Origin: Polyangia bacterium
GTDB taxonomy: Bacteria > Myxococcota_A > Polyangia > JAAYKL01
NCBI GenBank assembly: GCA_046484285.1
Contig: JAWOBP010000098.1
Location: 23,345 to 87,344 of the forward strand
DNA: 64,000 nucleotides
Direction: 5' to 3'
Part shown: positions 62,934-64,000 of the stretch, in pieces
Position numbering within the stretch: the stretch's first letter is position 1
Layout of the letters: every line of letters begins with the position of its first letter
Translations under genes and position numbers: made by a program
The notes under the pieces: generated by a model
What the model was told of the DNA's origin: nothing
What the model saw: only the letters and a program-made list of their open reading frames with translations
Databases searched by the model: none

Positions 62934-63845
62934 TCAGCCGGCGCCCTGGCCCAGCAGGGCGCTGGCCGCGGCTATCGAGCAGATCCGGATCCGCGGCGTG
63001 TCGCCGCGCGAGAGCGCCACGATCGGCACCGAGGCCCCGACGACCACGCCCGCGGCCACGCCGCCTTCGAGCAGCAGCGCCTTGCTGCTGGCGTTGCCCG
63101 CGGTGATGTTGGGCGCGACGATCGCGTCCACGTCGGCCGCCACCTCGCTCTCGCAGCGCTTGGCCTGCTTGGCGCGCCGGCTGAGACAGAGGTCCATCGC
63201 CAGCGGCCCGTCGATCATCGCCTCGCCGAACTCGCCGGCCTCGCCCATGCGGGCGATCCTGGCCCACTGGGTGGTCTCGGGATCGTCGGGCTTGACCTTC
63301 TCCACGTACGAGAGCAGCGCCACCTTGGGCCGCTCGTAGCCCAGGTCGTGGAAGGCGCGGATCGCGTTGCGCACGATCTCGATCTTCTGGTCGAAGTCGG
63401 GCGCCACGTTCAGCCCGCCGTCGGTGGAGGCGAACAGCTTGTGGAAGTGGCCGATCTCGATAAAGGCGATGTGCGAGAGGATTCCCCGGCGCGGCAGCCC
63501 CTCGCGCTTGTCCAGCACCGCCTTGAACAGGGTCGAGGTGTGCATCTGGCCCTTCATCAGCAGCTCGGCCGCTCCCTCGCGCACCGCTCCGACCGCGGCC
63601 GCCGCGCAGCGCTCGTCTTCGTCGCCGGTGTCCTCCACGTGCCACGGCTCGTCGATCCCGAGCGCCTCCATCTCGGCGCGGACGCGATCGACCGGGCCGA
63701 ACAGCACCGGCTCGACGATATCCTCCTGGCAGGCCGCCTGCAGTCCCTCGAGCACCGTGCGATCGTCGGCGCGCGCCACGGCCACCTTGCGGCAGCCGCG
63801 AATCTTGGCCACGCCGATCAGCTCGTCGAAATTCCTCAGTATCAC
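62934..63845 (-). CDS. Phosphate acetyl/butyryltransferase (short Pta/Ptb family)
   Basis: 303 aa. Blocks AVARADDRTVLEGL, LLMKGQMHTS, ALSRGDT are typical of the Pta/Ptb fold. Confidence 0.7.
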   Translation of the reverse strand: MILRNFDELIGVAKIRGCRKVAVARADDRTVLEGLQAACQEDIVEPVLFGPVDRVRAEMEALGIDEPWHVEDTGDEDERCAAAAVGAVREGAAELLMKGQMHTSTLFKAVLDKREGLPRRGILSHIAFIEIGHFHKLFASTDGGLNVAPDFDQKIEIVRNAIRAFHDLGYERPKVALLSYVEKVKPDDPETTQWARIARMGEAGEFGEAMIDGPLAMDLCLSRRAKQAKRCESEVAADVDAIVAPNITAGNASSKALLLEGGVAAGVVVGASVPIVALSRGDTPRIRICSIAAASALLGQGAG

Positions 63846-63932
63846 GACAGACCTCCGCCCTCCCCGCGCATCTCGAGCGCAAGATCCCGCCCCGGTCCGG
63901 AAGTGTCAAGAGCCGGGCAGCTGCGACCGCTC

Positions 63933-64000
63933 AGATGTAGAGCTTGTCCTCGTCGACCTCTTCGCGCAGGATGCGCAGCTCCTCGTCGGTCGGCTCCTCG
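63933..64000 (-). CDS. 3' end of an unidentified gene (partial, continues beyond window)
   Basis: Open minus-strand frame ending ...VDEDKLYI then stop at 63933-63935. Confidence 0.3.

Overview
This 64-kb window is high-GC bacterial chromosomal DNA (roughly 68-70% GC with strong GC3 codon bias), and the gene content points to Myxococcota or a close relative: an Oar-like 1,065-aa TonB-dependent transporter, tandem Cys-rich repeat modules, FHA-domain signalling proteins, many lipoproteins and giant TPR proteins. Its flanks are ordinary housekeeping genes, and the accessory regions are dominated by large repetitive surface lipoproteins.

Housekeeping content, in order: a polyprenyl synthase; a bifunctional formimidoyltransferase-cyclodeaminase (FTCD); epmA; an FAD oxidoreductase and a GT2 glycosyltransferase; the tig-clpP-clpX-lon block with a MarR regulator; folK; ffh; a phosphate acyltransferase; and a tRNA-His/Arg/Lys cluster.

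Accessory content:
- An IS1634-family insertion sequence (191-2146) with 17-bp terminal inverted repeats.
- A seven-gene, translationally coupled TonB2-type operon (DUF3450/TtpB-like, TtpC-like, ExbB, ExbD, TonB, TPR/TtpD-like) ending in the Oar-like transporter.
- A family of five lipoproteins whose lipidated Cys is followed directly by Asp-X dipeptide stalks and then right-handed beta-helix domains. The stalks are encoded by near-perfect hexanucleotide microsatellites (GTCGGT/ATCGGT)n.
- The most unusual region is an 18-kb minus-strand array (25.5-43.2 kb). It holds two giant paralogous lipoproteins (2,476 and 1,336 aa) with tandem Cys-rich modules and double beta-helices, an N-terminal-module-only ORF, a fibre-like protein with a Peptidase_S74 autoproteolytic chaperone domain and a C-terminal membrane anchor, an FHA-TM-trypsin-like protease, and an ATGA-coupled 4-TM protein. 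I read this as a candidate undescribed, hypervariable cell-surface system.
- Also present: an atypical OmpR-family response regulator with Glu at the phospho-acceptor position, a VWA lipoprotein next to a 1,769-aa TPR protein with a ~280-residue poly-acidic tail, and a small rearrangement scar (18-bp inverted repeats, a P-loop ATPase gene fragment, and an outer-membrane protein lacking an OmpA C-terminal domain).

All calls rest on reading the sequence and ORF translations directly. No database searches were run.
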